This document shows, one piece after another, positions 60,750-64,000 of a DNA stretch of 64,000 nucleotides; within the stretch, counting starts at the first letter, position 1; each line of letters opens with the position of its first letter. Location: the NCBI RefSeq assembly GCF_009834535.1, contig NC_045696.1, forward strand, positions 22,446,001 through 22,510,000, written 5' to 3'. The position numbers and the translations under genes were made by a program. The notes under the pieces were generated by a model. That model had not been told where the DNA came from. It ran no database searches and saw only the letters and a list, made by a program, of their open reading frames with translations. The stretch comes from Camelus ferus. Lineage: Eukaryota.

Positions 60750-61632
60750 TTTTCAGCTTTACTGAGGTATTATTGACCCATACCAAGTGTATATATTTAA
60801 TAAGTACACTGTGAAGTTTTTGATATACATATACACAGTGAAGTGATTACCATAATGAAGGTAATTAATATATCCATCATCTCATATAGTAATCTCAAAA
60901 AAAATTTTTTTGGTGTGACTCCCAGAAAAATTCAAATCTACAAAACATTGCTACTAACTGTAGTCTCCATGCTGTACATTAGGTCTCCAGAGACTATTCA
61001 CCTTATAACTGAAAATTTGTATCCTTGACCAGCATCTCCCCATTTTCTCCATAACCATAGCCCCTGGTAACCACCATTCTATTCTCTGGTTCTATCAGTT
61101 TAGCTATTAAGATTCCACATATAGGTGAGATCATGCAGCATTTGTTTTCCTCTATCTGGCTTATTTCACTTAACATAATGTCCTGAAGGTTCATTCATGT
61201 TGTCACAAATGGCAGGATTTCCTTTTGTTTTAAGGCAGATAATACTCCATTATGTAAATACATCACATTTTCCATATCCATTCATATACTGACAGATACT
61301 TAAGTTGCTTCCATATCTTGACTAGTGTGAATAGTGCAATGAACGTGGGAGTGCAGACAGATCTTTGAGATAGTGATTATATTTCCACTGGGTATATACA
61401 GAGAAGTAAAATTGGTGGATCGTATCCTAGTCCCATTTTCAATTTTTATGAGAAGACCCCGTGCTGGTTTCCATAAAGGCTATACCAATTTAGAGTCCCA
61501 TCAACAGTATTCAAGGGTTCTCTTTTCTCCACAACCTCACCAACAATTGTTATCTTTTATTTTGATAATAACCATTTTAATGGATGTGAGGTGATATCTC
61601 ATTGTGGTTTTGATTTACATTTCCTTGATATT
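60750..61632 (-). mobile_element. L1MA9/10-like 3' end
   Basis: ctttactgaggtattattgac...catgctgtacattaggtctcca...gattccacatataggtgagatcatgcag. ORF 61003..61194 begins MNLQDIMLSEISQ. Confidence 0.9.
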
Positions 61633-61649
61633 AAGTTTTCTTATCAAAA

Positions 61650-61850
61650 ATACATACACATATAAATAAATACCTAAATAAATAAACAGTCTGGGAGAAA
61701 ACTTTTAGAGGTGATGGGTTTGTTTATGAGACTACGTATGGTGATGATGTCATGACTGCATGCTCATCTTCAAACTCATGAATTTGTGCACATGAAATAT
61801 GTTCAGTTTTTTGGTAGGTCAATCATACCTCAATAAAGTGTTTTTTTTTT
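61650..61850 (+). mobile_element. L1MC-like extreme 3' end
   Basis: aaacttttagaggtgatgg...aaactcatgaatttgtgcacat...tcaatcatacctcaataaag. Confidence 0.75.
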
Positions 61851-64000
61851 TTGATATTGTATTTTTGGTAGGGTTTCAGAAAATATTCCAGATAGATGTA
61901 CGTGCTTGATCTACTATCTTGGGATAGAACCAATGTTAGTAACTAATAACTGTTAGCATTATTCTAAATATTCTCAGGATAAAATGATATTCTCAGGGTG
62001 TACACTTGTAAAACTTCAAATAAAAGTTTAGTTTTTTGCCCCTTTCTCAGTTGAATGTAAGGAAAAGTCATCATCGTTGAAATTAGGTTTCTCACTTTCT
62101 GGAGAAAACTAATTCTCACATTCTTCTGGAACAGAAGCACATTGAATGAAGATTGCTTTTTTGGTGGCTTTTCTGGACTTTGGTATTTTGAAGATGCTTT
62201 GGATATAGAGTTCTTCTATAACTTACTCAAGAACTCAACAAGTATAAGGAGAATGTTGAAAACAAATAGCTAGTAGTTCTTTAAACATTTATTTGTAATA
62301 CCTGGATTCATTCTTTGCGAGTGCAAATCCCTGCTCAGTGTAGCTCTGTTTTGTTCTAGGACAGATACACTAAATACTGTGTAGTTGGTTCCTGCCAATT
62401 ACCTTTCTAGTGTGAGCCTGAAATGCTCCCTTCTTTTGTGCATGAGTTTCCATGGAATTTTTTTTTCATTCAAAAACAAGGCTTATCTATTTGTGCTAAC
62501 CTGGATAAAATGTTCTCATTGTTATTTTGTAATGTTGTTTACATTTTCCAGTACCAGTCCAATCAAGTTTACAAAGTTTTGGCATTCTTTGTGGGGAAAA
62601 CTGCTCAAGAAAGGAAATCAGTAATGTGTTACAAATTCTCCATTGTAAATGTGCCTTTTCTTGTTTCTGACTCAACTGCAATCAAACAAAATAAGATTGC
62701 TTTCAAGAGTTAGAGAGATTAAAATAGTGGAAATTTGTAACTCTTTAAAGTTGTATCAACTGTAGTTTAGAATTGATTGATCTTATAGGAAAGTGCTCAA
62801 ACTTTCCTTTGATGCAGGTTTCATTTGGAAAGTCTGGATATGCATCAGTGAGCGTAGATGAATTTGCTGTTTTGTCATCTGGCAGTCGTTTGGCTATTTT
62901 CGTTGAAATGATGTTGGCATTTTTTTTCCCTTGTGGATAGTTTTACTATGTGTTGCCAAGTACCAAAAAGATAGGCGTTTCCAAATTCCGTGATCTTACA
63001 TGCTTGCCGTGCAGATGACTTTCCCCCTTTATCTTTACCCTAATTCAGGGAACTTAAACTCTTTTGTTAAGAGAGAATGAGGGAGAAATAACTCCCTCAT
63101 TCTTTGTGAGTTGGCTTTAGGAAAAAGGACATTTTATTTCTCCCTTTAATTAAAATATAAAACTGGCCTTTCAAAGCAAATCTAAATCAAATATAACTTC
63201 ATAATGAAAAGGAGAAGCTGCAAGGGAGATTTTATGTATGGATTCTAAAACAATACTCAGATACAAGGAGCAAATACTATCTTTTTTTTTTTTGAGCAGT
63301 TATTGCATGAAACTTTGTGAGTGTAAGAGAGAGTAAAGAATCAGAACAAATTAAAAAGTAAATGTGATGGTGGAGTTTTTTTTTTGAGGCATTGCCATGA
63401 GTTTCCTGGCTCAGCTAGTGGGAGATGTCAAACAATAAACTGAAATAAATGAACGCTGAAACCAAATAAGAACCATAACTTACACAAGGATATGTTTTTA
63501 GTTTAGGAGAAATAGTCGTTGCTTTGGCTGACAAGGCCCTGTTGTTCAGTTTTGCTTATTAAATCGGAACAAATATATGGATATGTACCCTGACATACAT
63601 ATACAGCTTTTCAAAGTGATTCTCCTGAATATGGGGAATTCTTGGCTACTTACCAATGTGAGGAGAGGTTAGCCAAAGACTAAAGCTTTGCTAAGACCAC
63701 CCGAAATCTGAGTCTCCACCCCTCCTCTGAGTTTGTGCTGCTGTAATACAAATGGAGGAACTAAGGGGGTTGGGGTGGAGTGGAGGGCAGATGGGAGAGA
63801 GGAAGGAAAAAAGAGACAAAAGAAAAATGCAACTTTTCATCAGATGAAGCAAAATTTTCCTTTCTTTCTTTCTGCTTTCTGAATGGATGAAAAGACACAA
63901 AGCAATCGCATCGATCACCTCCTAGCATAGATATACTGTGTTTGCTGCTTTCAGCCGAAAGAACACATCGTGATTGTCTGTCATACTCCCAAGCTGCCAC

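Larger units (their letters stand above)
57470..60750 (-). mobile_element. Ancient L1M body (ORF2 and ORF1-region remnants) interrupted by an MLT1 LTR and a young L1
   Basis: Antisense ORF2 motifs (ttgaatagaagagttgagagtggacatccctgtcttgttcct; atcagcctggctagaggtatgtcaattttattgat) that resume after each nested insertion. Confidence 0.85.

Noticed and set aside
1..64000. Inferring a host gene's direction from L1/LTR strand bias
   Set aside because: L1s and LTRs occur on both strands in broadly similar numbers, so the bias is too weak to call intronic versus intergenic.
63691..64000. Minus-strand ORFs at the window edge
   Set aside because: Non-ATG or edge-dependent starts, low-complexity content, and no recognisable domain or clear splice boundaries.

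Overview
Mammalian, AT-rich, CpG-depleted non-coding DNA, most likely from a camelid (camel, alpaca or llama). That assignment rests on four tRNA-Ala-headed SINEs of the vic-1 type and on L1 3' ends matching my recollection of camelid L1s. I find no supportable host protein-coding gene, RNA gene or CRISPR array. The longer ORFs are L1 ORF2, L2 or ERVL pol remnants, or simple-repeat artefacts. Roughly half the window is interspersed repeat: L1s of several ages, HAL1, L2, MIR, MaLR/ERVL/ERV1 LTRs, a decayed ~4.3 kb ERVL provirus, and MER102, MER5A and Tigger2-type MITEs, many of them nested and with readable target-site duplications (TSDs). The most notable structures are two 5'-inverted L1 insertions with duplicated junctions (one carrying only ~90 bp of L1), an in-situ fold-back duplication inside ERVL pol, a perfect p53-family motif made by a micro-duplication, a solo ERV1-type LTR nested in an L1, and repeat-poor, CpG-retaining blocks (21.1-29.7 kb and 62-64 kb) that look like regulatory DNA. 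I see no convincing novel multi-gene system. Repeat subfamily names come from remembered consensus sequences, not a database search, and boundaries are approximate unless a TSD is quoted.
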